44,025 nucleotides of DNA, taken from a virus. Lineage: Duplodnaviria; Caudoviricetes. Every line of letters begins with the position of its first letter. The first letter of the stretch is position 1. Positions 19,212 through 27,156 of this stretch are shown here, piece by piece. The notes beneath the pieces were generated by a model. It worked only from the letters and a program-made list of their open reading frames with translations, searched no databases and was not told the DNA's origin. A program made the translations under genes and the position numbers. The DNA is taken from IMG/VR virus record IMGVR_UViG_3300025168_014046, positions 1 to 44,025 of that record. The stretch is one strand, 5' to 3'.

Positions 19212-20494
19212 TATGCCACCTCCATTAGTACCCAACGGTCGTAATTCTTTCGTGTTTCCCAGGAGCCATGTTTCTCAACAACTTCGTCGATAAGCTTGAC
19301 CCAGGATTTCTCATATTGTTCGAAACTGTAATTGTTTGCTATGTGTTGAAGTCCTGCTTCAGACATTTTTTGGTATTTTGGTTTGGAAAGCTTCAATGCT
19401 TTCTTCATAACCGAATTAAAATCTTTTTGTGAGATCCTGTCTTCGTAAATGTAAGGAACCTGTAGAGAACCAATGACTGATTTTGCTACAGGCTGTATGC
19501 CCCAACCAAACCAATCAGTTCCATCTGTTACTTGTTCTTGCAATCCACCGGTCATATTTACAATGATGGGTGAGCCACAGGTCAAGGATTCCAATGTAGA
19601 GAGACCAAAACCCTCTGCATCACTGATTCCAATGGTGTAGTCTGCTGCACGGTACATATTAGCCAAATCTTCAGGGCCTACCTTCTGAGAAGATAATAAT
19701 ACTTGCCCGTCTGTCATTCCAAGGTGTTCCAGAATGTGTGGTAAGTCTTGGCCGTGTGAATCGCGTGGGTCAGTATGCATTAGAAGACACGCTTTGTCAT
19801 GACCGACTTCATCAAGAAATTCCTTGAACCACCAAATTAGAGTTCCACTTTGTTTGCGCCGCGCATTTCGGCTGTTCCAGAAGAAGATCTTTTTATTGGG
19901 ACTTTTGTAGTTTGTAGAGGTGTTAATAATCTTTCCTCTTGTAACTTCAACATTTGCTTTTTCTTCTGGTGTTCTAGCTGGATGGAAGTAAGTGTCAGGT
20001 ACTGCGTGGGGTAAGTAGTGCGAGCTAGTTCGAGGTGCAACTTGTTTAACACACTCATGTGTCACCTTCGAGATAGCTACCACTTCGTCAGTAGAACGAT
20101 ACCACCTACCATTGAAATGTGGTGCTGGGAAGTTATCCCACACATGATAGTATACTAGTGGTACATTGGCTCTAACTTCGTTTTCAATTTCCCAGAGCCA
20201 TTCATAAAAACGAGGATCGGTCATGAACCATACCACATCAGGTTTTTCTTTTGTAAGAATAGAGCGAACCATCTCATGGCTACCGTATCCATCAACTGGG
20301 AAGACCCTCCAATCATCACCCCATGGATCGATTGATTGTGGTCTATAATCGTGGTGCTTCATTGCACCGCCTAGACAGATAAACTCATAGCGCCCTGTCT
20401 TCAAGAGCGCTTCAATAAAGTATTTAGTTTGTGTTCCTACTCCAGAGGGGGACAATGGATGGTCGGATAACACTAAGATTTTTTTCTTTTTCAT
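19211..20494 (-). CDS. GT4 glycosyltransferase
   Basis: ILVLSDHP..PSGVG, RNARRK, AEGFGLSTLESL, TGGLQEQV. Confidence 0.9.
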   Translation of the reverse strand: MKKKKILVLSDHPLSPSGVGTQTKYFIEALLKTGRYEFICLGGAMKHHDYRPQSIDPWGDDWRVFPVDGYGSHEMVRSILTKEKPDVVWFMTDPRFYEWLWEIENEVRANVPLVYYHVWDNFPAPHFNGRWYRSTDEVVAISKVTHECVKQVAPRTSSHYLPHAVPDTYFHPARTPEEKANVEVTRGKIINTSTNYKSPNKKIFFWNSRNARRKQSGTLIWWFKEFLDEVGHDKACLLMHTDPRDSHGQDLPHILEHLGMTDGQVLLSSQKVGPEDLANMYRAADYTIGISDAEGFGLSTLESLTCGSPIIVNMTGGLQEQVTDGTDWFGWGIQPVAKSVIGSLQVPYIYEDRISQKDFNSVMKKALKLSKPKYQKMSEAGLQHIANNYSFEQYEKSWVKLIDEVVEKHGSWETRKNYDRWVLMEVA

Positions 20495-20501
20495 TTTTTC
20501 C

Positions 20502-21266
20502 TCACGGACAATGTTCCGTTTTATAAAATTTACAACCGTAACCGGAAGTGCATGACAAACGGTTCTTAATGTACCGGTTGTTTTTAATATTGTATAACGC
20601 CATGTTTAAAAGTTTAAGCGCATTTTCAGTCTTTCTTGGGCCGGACGTGACTCTAAAAAATTCAACATGGTTATTTTTAGCTGTTCTCTTAAGCAAAGCA
20701 AAATGTGTCTCAACGTCTTTGGGCTCAACAGACATTTTCTGGCAGAAGAAGTGTTTGTAAAGGGTAAGTTGGTATGTAATCATCTTGTCAGAGCGCTTTT
20801 TAGCGTCCCAACCCCACGAACACGTTTTCCAGTCAAAGATGTGGACTTTGCCATCGGGTGTGGCTACCACTGCATCAATATAACCTTTGAAAAGGCGTTC
20901 CTCACCTTCGATTGTTTCATAAAGAGGCATCTCTACAGCCAATACTTCATACTCTTCAAAGTAATCGTTCAAGGCATCTTCGATTTCAGGAATGATCTTC
21001 TTTCCCTGATCGACCATATCAGCGACTAGCCTTTGATTTACTTCATTTTCATCGAGTTCAGCAATGTTCTTTTCAAGTTCATTAACGAAATAATTGTCGT
21101 CTACGTCTTCTTGAAGCAGTTTTTTCTCGCACACAGAGTGGATTGCAGATCCAAAGGCTGTATATTCATTACCGGTAAACCCATCAATCCCGTCAATACG
21201 GGTAAGCTTGTGATAAAAGGCACAGTGGGCCCAGTCTTTAAGTTCAGAATATGATATATGTGGCAT
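20502..21266 (-). CDS. PD-(D/E)XK Cas4/AddB-like exonuclease
   Basis: ISYS...C, FGSAIH, E, GYIDAV, DWKT, QLTLY and C-terminal C..C..C (4-Cys Fe-S pattern). Confidence 0.88.
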   Translation of the reverse strand: MPHISYSELKDWAHCAFYHKLTRIDGIDGFTGNEYTAFGSAIHSVCEKKLLQEDVDDNYFVNELEKNIAELDENEVNQRLVADMVDQGKKIIPEIEDALNDYFEEYEVLAVEMPLYETIEGEERLFKGYIDAVVATPDGKVHIFDWKTCSWGWDAKKRSDKMITYQLTLYKHFFCQKMSVEPKDVETHFALLKRTAKNNHVEFFRVTSGPRKTENALKLLNMALYNIKNNRYIKNRLSCTSGYGCKFYKTEHCP

Positions 21267-21285
21267 TATGTACTCCTAAGAGTAT

Positions 21286-21314
21286 ATTATAACCACTTAT
21301 ATGCTAGAAGTCAA
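21286..21314 (-). promoter_or_regulatory. Sigma70-type promoter for the nuclease/glycosyltransferase operon
   Basis: TTGACT-N17-TATAAT followed by AGGAG SD and ATG 21266. Confidence 0.8.
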
Positions 21315-21996
21315 GGCTTTCTGGGTTTTGAACCAACATAATTTTGTTATAGGCTTCTGGACTAACCTTTTTCAAAAAATTATGATTGCTATTTGTGTAA
21401 AAATCTGTGAATGCAGTTGCAAAATATTCTCTCAGTGATGTGGCTGCATATGAATTAATAAACAACCCTGAAGCATATTGGTTTAATTTGTCATATCCAA
21501 TCTTTTGAAATAGCAAATCGTCGAATTCTTTGTCATATTCGATGTTAGTGAAAAATGACTTTGGAAATTTAAAGCCACTTTTCCATAAAATATCGTGCAA
21601 ATGCTGTCTTTTTCGAAGAAATTCTTGTTGAATCTTATTATCATTATAGATATCAAAACCATATGCGACTTCCGCCGCATGGGCCACTTCATGTACTATG
21701 TTCTCAAATAAGCCCTCAGCATCTGTTTGCATATTTGAGATGTATAAAGTACCACCTTGAAAAAAAGCTTCCAAAGATCTTTCTTCAAATTCCTCAAACC
21801 AGCCAAAGATTATCATTTCTACTTCACCCAAGATGTGATGAGGTAGTATCTCTTCTACTTTGCTTATAACTGAAGCTGCGTCAACATCTTCCACAGGCTG
21901 TTGAAAAAATACATGAATACCAGTAGGGGTATAAAAGCTATCTTGTTCTTCAGCTATTCTTTGTTGTTTCTGGCGAATATAATTTTCCAGCATCAT
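21304..21996 (-). CDS. Zincin-like metallopeptidase
   Basis: IVHEVAH (HExxH) plus downstream YAATSLREYFA, as in lethal-factor/ProP-like zincins. Confidence 0.7.
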   Translation of the reverse strand: MMLENYIRQKQQRIAEEQDSFYTPTGIHVFFQQPVEDVDAASVISKVEEILPHHILGEVEMIIFGWFEEFEERSLEAFFQGGTLYISNMQTDAEGLFENIVHEVAHAAEVAYGFDIYNDNKIQQEFLRKRQHLHDILWKSGFKFPKSFFTNIEYDKEFDDLLFQKIGYDKLNQYASGLFINSYAATSLREYFATAFTDFYTNSNHNFLKKVSPEAYNKIMLVQNPESLDF

Positions 21997-22237
21997 CTAA
22001 TCCTAGTTGGTATCCTCTGAGGAAGTTTTCTTCGGCGACGGCCATCATAAATTCAGGAAATTCATGGGCCAAAGTTTCAGCAATCATATTGACTGTTACT
22101 TCTTCCTTATCAAATTTTGTTCCGACGTACTCAACTAAATGAGTCTTTAATTCAGAATTTGGCTGTACGGCCATGGCTAATACAGGATTCTGGTGTGCTT
22201 GTTCTTCGTTAATTTCAGTTGTTTCTTTTTCAGACAT
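21950..22237 (-). CDS. Hypothetical protein
   Basis: 95-aa ORF with AAGGAG SD and an upstream promoter. Confidence 0.8.
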   Translation of the reverse strand: MSEKETTEINEEQAHQNPVLAMAVQPNSELKTHLVEYVGTKFDKEEVTVNMIAETLAHEFPEFMMAVAEENFLRGYQLGLDDAGKLYSPETTKNS

Positions 22238-22254
22238 ATCAACTCCTTAAACAT

Positions 22255-22283
22255 AATATAACAAGTAATATGTATTTTGTAAA
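22255..22283 (-). promoter_or_regulatory. Sigma70-type promoter
   Basis: TTTACA-N17-TATATT with extended -10 TG, in the intergenic gap. Confidence 0.6.
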
Positions 22284-23621
22284 CTATAAAACTTTAGATG
22301 CCAAAGTTGCCAGTTCTGAACGTTCACCTTTACGGAATGCCACGTGGCCGGCAATTGGATATTCTTTAAATTTTTCCACAGCATGAGCCAGACCATTGGA
22401 TGTTTCATTGACATATACATTATCTATCTGTTCGATATCGCCGGTCAATACAATTTTGGTACCTTCACCAATTCGTGTGATGATCGTCTTAACTTCGTGT
22501 TTGGTTAAGTTCTGGGCTTCATCGATAATAATAAAAGCATTTGCAATTGAGCGGCCGCGGATATATGTCAAGGCCTCTAATTCAATTTTACCTTTCTCCA
22601 TATACATTTCAAGCGATGTGCGGTCACCCATTAAAAATTTAAGGTTATCTTGAATAGGCATTAACCATGGTAACATCTTTTCTTCCATTGTACCGGGCAA
22701 GAAGCCGATGTCTTTACCCAATGGCTGTACTGGTCTAGACACTATCATACGGTCGTAATGGTTGTTCTCGCCTCTTAAACCGATTGTCTGCTGTAGACCT
22801 GCAGCTATAGCCATCAAAGTCTTCCCAGAGCCAGCACGGCCGATTAATGACACAATTTTAATATCTGGGTCTAACAGTAAATCAATTGCGAAAGCTTGTT
22901 CTTTGTTGCGAGCATTGATATTCCAATCGTGGATATCTTTGTGAATCATTGGTTGCAGCGGTTCAAAAGAGTTTTTAAATCTTGCAAGGGCAGATTTCTT
23001 CTCATTTGCATTTGATACTAACATGACATATTGATTAGGGTGCCATGGTTCTTCAAAATCTTCTTCTTCAAGGAAAACGTCTTTACCTTCATAATATTGG
23101 TCTATGATTTGATCGTCAACTGAATGTACCACAAAACCTTTGTAAAGCTCATCGGAAGTACGTACAGCTTTTTCAGATATAAAGTCTTCTGCTGGAATTC
23201 CTATGGAATCGCAGATAACTCGCATGTTAATATCACGACTAACCATGGTGGTTTTTCTTTCAGGAACCGCCATCTGGATTGTTTTAGCCGTTGCTATGAT
23301 TGTGTGATCTGGTAATCTCATATCCAAATCAGGAGGAAAAATTACATTTTTTAATTGAGAGTATGAGATTACTTTAAGCATACCCATGCCTTTTTCAATT
23401 CTAATTCCCTTTTCAAGAGAACCTTTTTTCCTTAATTCATCAAGGTTTCTGATAAATTGACGAGCATTCTGGCCTACAGAATCTTGTCTTTTCTTGTGGT
23501 TATCCACCTCTTCTAATACTTTGAGGGGGATAAAAATATCGTGGTTATCGAACTTGAATATTGCGTCTGCATCAGTCAGATAAACGCTTGTATCCAGAAC
23601 GTAGTTTTTCTTTTTTGACAT
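22284..23621 (-). CDS. phoH: PIN-PhoH fusion (PhoH2/YlaK type)
   Basis: N-terminal PIN YVLDTSVYL...VSRDINMR; Walker A GRAGSGKT, GFLPG, YIRGRSI, IIDEAQN. Confidence 0.95.
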   Translation of the reverse strand: MSKKKNYVLDTSVYLTDADAIFKFDNHDIFIPLKVLEEVDNHKKRQDSVGQNARQFIRNLDELRKKGSLEKGIRIEKGMGMLKVISYSQLKNVIFPPDLDMRLPDHTIIATAKTIQMAVPERKTTMVSRDINMRVICDSIGIPAEDFISEKAVRTSDELYKGFVVHSVDDQIIDQYYEGKDVFLEEEDFEEPWHPNQYVMLVSNANEKKSALARFKNSFEPLQPMIHKDIHDWNINARNKEQAFAIDLLLDPDIKIVSLIGRAGSGKTLMAIAAGLQQTIGLRGENNHYDRMIVSRPVQPLGKDIGFLPGTMEEKMLPWLMPIQDNLKFLMGDRTSLEMYMEKGKIELEALTYIRGRSIANAFIIIDEAQNLTKHEVKTIITRIGEGTKIVLTGDIEQIDNVYVNETSNGLAHAVEKFKEYPIAGHVAFRKGERSELATLASKVL

Positions 23622-23674
23622 ACCTACCTTCTATACCATATATAGTAACAGAAATTGAAAGTATGTTTAAATAA

Positions 23675-23750
23675 TGGTGCTCGCAGAGGGACTTGAACCC
23701 CCAACCTTCTGATTACAAATCAGACGCACTACCAATTGTGCTATGCGAGC
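23675..23750 (-). tRNA. tRNA-Thr(TGT)
   Basis: Cloverleaf: GCTCGCA/TGCGAGC acceptor, TCTGA-TTTGTAA-TCAGA anticodon arm, TTCAAGT T-loop, encoded CCA. Confidence 0.96.
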
Positions 23751-23753
23751 ATA

Positions 23754-23921
23754 TTATTTATTTTCTGAAAGTAGCTCTTCTACTTCATGAATCTTATATA
23801 TTGCCGAAGAACTTGCTTCAGGAAGCAACAGAACACGTAAACAAAAAAATGCTGCTAAAAACATCACCATGCATAATATAGACAATTCTGCAATTGTATC
23901 AACTGTTTTATCAAAACCCAC
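23754..23921 (-). CDS. Small membrane protein (55 aa, MGFDKTVDT...; not in ORF track)
   Basis: GTG start 4 nt after a TATATA motif; one hydrophobic helix; fills the gap between tRNAs. Confidence 0.55.
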   Translation of the reverse strand: MGFDKTVDTIAELSILCMVMFLAAFFCLRVLLLPEASSSAIYKIHEVEELLSENK

Positions 23922-23949
23922 AATGTATATATGGGTTTATACAAGAAAA

Positions 23950-24024
23950 TGGAGCGGGAGACGAGATTTGAACTCGCGACATCCACGTTGGCAACGTGGG
24001 GCTCTACCACTGAGCTACTCCCGC
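23950..24024 (-). tRNA. tRNA-Gly(GCC)
   Basis: GCGGGAG/CTCCCGC acceptor, CCACG-TTGCCAA-CGTGG anticodon arm, TCCA end. Confidence 0.96.
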
Positions 24025-24164
24025 ATTATTTCTTTATATTGTTTAAAACAAATAAATGCTGCAACGGCGTTCATTAAAAACCAATAACTGTTATGTGTTA
24101 CAAAATAAATTGTAAAAGCAGTATTAAAAATAATTAAACTAGAAAGCCATTGTTTTGATGTCAT
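24015..24164 (-). CDS. Small two-helix membrane protein (49 aa, MTSKQWLSS...; not in ORF track)
   Basis: AGGA SD, ATG 24164; its TAG stop lies inside the 5' end of tRNA-Gly. Confidence 0.55.
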   Translation of the reverse strand: MTSKQWLSSLIIFNTAFTIYFVTHNSYWFLMNAVAAFICFKQYKEIMRE

Positions 24165-24177
24165 TATCTTCCTAAAA

Positions 24178-24254
24178 TGGCTGGGGCGGCTGGACTTGAA
24201 CCAACAGCGGCCGGAGTAACAGTCCGGTGCGCCTACCAGTGACGCCTCACCCCA
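24178..24254 (-). tRNA. tRNA-Asn(GTT), atypical D-arm
   Basis: TGGGGTG/CGCCCCA acceptor, CCGGA-CTGTTAC-TCCGG anticodon arm, TTCAAGT T-loop, GCCA end; A instead of U at position 8. Confidence 0.85.
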
Positions 24255-24351
24255 AAAGCCGGTTTTCTGTCTAGAACCAGGAGAACCGGAAACCTCTGCC
24301 TACGTTTGGGTCGGGCAGCCCCCTTCCGCTTATAAAGCGAGCAGAATAGCG
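24255..24351 (-). ncRNA. Candidate structured RNA directly 5' of tRNA-Asn
   Basis: GC-rich 97-nt intergenic stretch with complementary blocks CGCTT/AAGCG, GGG/CCC, CTGCC/GGCAG, AGG/CCT, CCGGTT/AACCGG. Confidence 0.4.
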
Positions 24352-24828
24352 CTATCCATCAAAAGTTAAAGTACCGTTATCAGTCTTAACAGAAATAGTC
24401 CAGCCTAATACGAAGGGGTGAACTTTGATGAAGTTCCCAACTGGAATTTGTACCTGTGCGGTCAATGTAGTAAAGCCGCGTTTGTGGTCGTACTTCTCAG
24501 TTGAATATTCAATCATTTCTTGATCGTAGAAGTTCTCAGTAAGAAAATCTGCAAGATACTCTTCAAAGTTGAACGAGCCGCGCTTGTAATCATCAAGCCA
24601 GTCTTGGTCGCGAAAGTGAGTAATAATGTTACCATACCAATGATTTCGAACATCCAGTTTAGTATTCGCAATCAAAGATGCAAATGTTCTGATTACATCA
24701 GTTTCATTAATCGCATCCTCCACTTCGGTTTCGTTGTGTACGAAAACATCAGTTCCCTCTTCAAAAGTTAAGGTCAACAGTTCGTTTTCTTCTAAGTTTA
24801 GTTTTTTAATTTTGTCTACAATAGACAT
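24352..24828 (-). CDS. Hypothetical protein
   Basis: 158-aa ORF with AAGGAG SD. Confidence 0.8.
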   Translation of the reverse strand: MSIVDKIKKLNLEENELLTLTFEEGTDVFVHNETEVEDAINETDVIRTFASLIANTKLDVRNHWYGNIITHFRDQDWLDDYKRGSFNFEEYLADFLTENFYDQEMIEYSTEKYDHKRGFTTLTAQVQIPVGNFIKVHPFVLGWTISVKTDNGTLTFDG

Positions 24829-24847
24829 ATTTTCTCCTTGGGTTGAA

Positions 24848-24923
24848 TGGCTGTCTCTCGCGGGCTTGAACCGCGGACCCAGGCGTTAACAGCGCCTTGC
24901 TCTACCAACTGAGCTAAGAGACA
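24848..24923 (-). tRNA. tRNA-Asn(GTT), canonical
   Basis: TGTCTCT/AGAGACA acceptor, TAGCTCAGTTGGTAGAGC D-arm, AGGCG-CTGTTAA-CGCCT anticodon arm, GCCA end. Confidence 0.96.
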
Positions 24924-24947
24924 AAAAAAGTGTGGTTTATATAATCT

Positions 24948-24976
24948 ATAATAACGCACATAACTGCGCCTGTCAA
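24948..24976 (-). promoter_or_regulatory. Sigma70-type promoter upstream of tRNA-Asn
   Basis: TTGACA-N17-TATTAT. Confidence 0.7.
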
Positions 24977-25029
24977 TGTATAAACTATAAAATCTTTATA
25001 TATTGCTTTTTGTGAGTAAGGGTCTTCTT

Positions 25030-25293
25030 TCACTTTTCAATCCAAACAATTGAATACTCTTCTTTATTTTTGCTTAGAATCTCTTTGACCGCATCTTCAT
25101 TCAGTGTTAATGGGTATAAGCATTCATTTTTAACTTTTACTGCCTTCAAGTTTCTTGAGGCACCACCAAGCCAATTTAAAATCTCAATATCGTCTTGACA
25201 ATGTTCTGTTACGACGGCCTTAGTTTTGGTTGGGTAATAAAAATTTCTGTGGCCGAGTTCTGATAAATAACAAACCATGCTTCTCCTAATCAT
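25030..25293 (-). CDS. Hypothetical protein
   Basis: 87-aa ORF overlapping the HNH stop; true start may be the internal Met after AGGAG. Confidence 0.7.
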   Translation of the reverse strand: MIRRSMVCYLSELGHRNFYYPTKTKAVVTEHCQDDIEILNWLGGASRNLKAVKVKNECLYPLTLNEDAVKEILSKNKEEYSIVWIEK

Positions 25294-25819
25294 GTGAATC
25301 CCATAAATAATTTTTCCATAAATCAGAGACTTGGCTCTTACCTACTGCTCTAAGGATATTGAATTTTGGTTTCTTGGGCGTGTTTAACAATTTCATATTT
25401 GCTTGTTCGGGAGTTCGATTACCTTTTCTTTGATTACATTTCTTACATGCAGCAACTAGGTTTTCCCAGGTGTTTTCTCCACCTTTACTTTTCGGTATTA
25501 TGTGATCTATTGTTAACTTGTCTACTGGGAATTTTTTCGCACAGTACTGACAAGTGCATTGATCTCTTAGTATAACCTCTTGGCGGCGTACCGCAACAAC
25601 TTTAAATTGAAATTTGACATATCTATTCAATACTATGACTGCTGGAAGAGTGAAACTTTCTGCTACTGAATGTATTTCTTTATTATAACTTTCAATAGCC
25701 TGAGCTTTGCCAATAAGACACAATACCAAAGCCTCAACAGCATCAACAATATCAATTGGCCTGTATGAAGAGTCCAACTTTAAAGTTTTCTCATTGTGAT
25801 TTAAAACAGTGCCGGCCAT
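25286..25819 (-). CDS. HNH endonuclease (McrA-like)
   Basis: LPAVIVL, ILRDQCTCQYC, TIDHIIPKSKGG, WENLVAACKKCNQRKG. Confidence 0.93.
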   Translation of the reverse strand: MAGTVLNHNEKTLKLDSSYRPIDIVDAVEALVLCLIGKAQAIESYNKEIHSVAESFTLPAVIVLNRYVKFQFKVVAVRRQEVILRDQCTCQYCAKKFPVDKLTIDHIIPKSKGGENTWENLVAACKKCNQRKGNRTPEQANMKLLNTPKKPKFNILRAVGKSQVSDLWKNYLWDSHD

Positions 25820-25856
25820 ATTATTAACTAGTGAATATTTTTATGTCTAACTTTTA

Positions 25857-26342
25857 TCATCGAGTAGAAACTTTATTTCCTATGTTTTTTTCGTTATATG
25901 CTTCAGAATCTTGATGTTTTCTAAATCGGTTTACAAGATCGGATGATGCGTCAGCTTTGTAATCGCCACCGATTCCCCACAACAATTCAATTCCCAGTTC
26001 TTCACAAACGTTCTGTTCTGGTGTATTAGATTTTCCGCGGTCGCCACCGTTAGCAAAGTAGGTTGGCTCAAGACGGCGAATAGCTTCACAAACTGTACCA
26101 TCGCTATCATCTACTGAATCAACCAAGATAACACCCTTAATCGCATTTAAAATCTCAGCACGGCGAGTCCACTCCATAAAAACAAAACCTTTTTTTCTAT
26201 GTAGCCACTGATCGGTATTCGCAATTATAATTACATCACCGTGCTGGGATGCCTCTAAAATCATTCTAATGTGCCCCACATGGACTGGGTCGAACCCGCC
26301 GGATACCATGACTGTAGGCTTTTCTTTTTTTGAATCTGACAT
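25857..26342 (-). CDS. HxGH cytidylyltransferase-like protein (TagD/RibL-like)
   Basis: VSGGFDPVHVGH, FANGGDR, ASSD. Confidence 0.88.
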   Translation of the reverse strand: MSDSKKEKPTVMVSGGFDPVHVGHIRMILEASQHGDVIIIANTDQWLHRKKGFVFMEWTRRAEILNAIKGVILVDSVDDSDGTVCEAIRRLEPTYFANGGDRGKSNTPEQNVCEELGIELLWGIGGDYKADASSDLVNRFRKHQDSEAYNEKNIGNKVSTR

Positions 26343-26359
26343 GTTGTATAACTCCTTCG

Positions 26360-26587
26360 TTAATCCTGTCGAACTAAAACTTCTTTTTTTACTTTTTTAA
26401 TTTCGCCGGTTTCGAGTATACAAATTTCATAGTCATATATCTCATAGCGGTCTAATATTTTATCGTACACTCTAAGTATAACAGATTTTTTTGAAATGTT
26501 TTTCAATATTTCGGACACAATTGTATCTTCATTTTTATACGGCTGAAAATAAACAATGTCATCAACTTCATATTTTGTCAGATTCAT
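26360..26587 (-). CDS. Small SH3/KOW-like hypothetical protein
   Basis: YEVDDIVYF...SVILRV...YEI pattern; AGGAG SD. Confidence 0.65.
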   Translation of the reverse strand: MNLTKYEVDDIVYFQPYKNEDTIVSEILKNISKKSVILRVYDKILDRYEIYDYEICILETGEIKKVKKEVLVRQD

Positions 26588-26825
26588 AGGTATCTCCTTC
26601 AGGATCGTGATGCGCTAATAAGTAGATTGGCATCATCTCAAACTTTTTGCTTTTGAACCAATAAACCTTAACCAATTTTTGGCCGGCTTTTTCCCATGGT
26701 TGTTTCTTTACTTGATAAACTTGTATAACTATACCGACCAGAGGTTTTTGATAGTTATAAAAATAGGCGATATAGTTAACTTCTTGTACTATATCGCCCA
26801 TCTCTATTAAGTTATAATCTTTCAC
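26568..26825 (-). CDS. Small SH3/KOW-like hypothetical protein
   Basis: IEMGDIV...VGIVIQV...VKVYWF. Confidence 0.7.
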   Translation of the reverse strand: MKDYNLIEMGDIVQEVNYIAYFYNYQKPLVGIVIQVYQVKKQPWEKAGQKLVKVYWFKSKKFEMMPIYLLAHHDPEGDTYESDKI

Positions 26826-26831
26826 GATAAA

Positions 26832-27029
26832 TTAACTATCGCTGTTTTTATCTATTTCTTTTCTTTTTTCATCAAGGTTTCGTTTTTCTAAAACAACTTT
26901 TTCTACTTCTTCTGTTTCTAAACCATATACTTCTTTAATATCCCATAAAGATCTTTCTATTCCATCGACCGTTATTTTTTTATGCGGTTTAATTTCACTT
27001 GTCTTCTTTTTTTTAAAAATCTCAAACAT
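26832..27029 (-). CDS. Hypothetical protein
   Basis: 65-aa ORF with AAGGAGG SD just after tRNA-Ser. Confidence 0.75.
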   Translation of the reverse strand: MFEIFKKKKTSEIKPHKKITVDGIERSLWDIKEVYGLETEEVEKVVLEKRNLDEKRKEIDKNSDS

Positions 27030-27046
27030 ATATTGCCCTCCTTAAA

Positions 27047-27135
27047 TGGCAGTGAGGGTGGGATTCGAACCCACGGTAGCTATTAACCACACTCGCTTTC
27101 CAGGCGAGCACCTTCGTCCACTCGGTCACCCCACT
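27047..27135 (-). tRNA. tRNA-Ser(GGA)
   Basis: AGTGGGG/CCTCACT acceptor, CTCGC-CTGGAAA-GCGAG anticodon arm, long variable arm, TTCGAAT T-loop, GCCA. Confidence 0.95.
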
Positions 27136-27156
27136 ATCATAATAAGTAGTTGTAAA

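Noticed and set aside
2107-20494. Bacterial O-antigen or capsule locus
   Set aside because: No flippase, polymerase, ABC exporter or undecaprenyl-phosphate transferase, and phage-type genes flank both sides.
23693-24087. Plus-strand ORFs 23693..23881 and 23869..24087
   Set aside because: Antisense to tRNA-Thr, tRNA-Gly and the small minus-strand ORFs.
24255-24351. HDV-like theta ribozyme or twister ribozyme next to a tRNA
   Set aside because: The element is 5' rather than 3' of the tRNA, and I could not fit the HDV P1/P3/L3 or twister UAA/GGU..AAGC consensus.
25286-25819. HNH as an intron or intein homing endonuclease
   Set aside because: Free-standing ORF; flanking genes are not interrupted and no group I intron core is visible.
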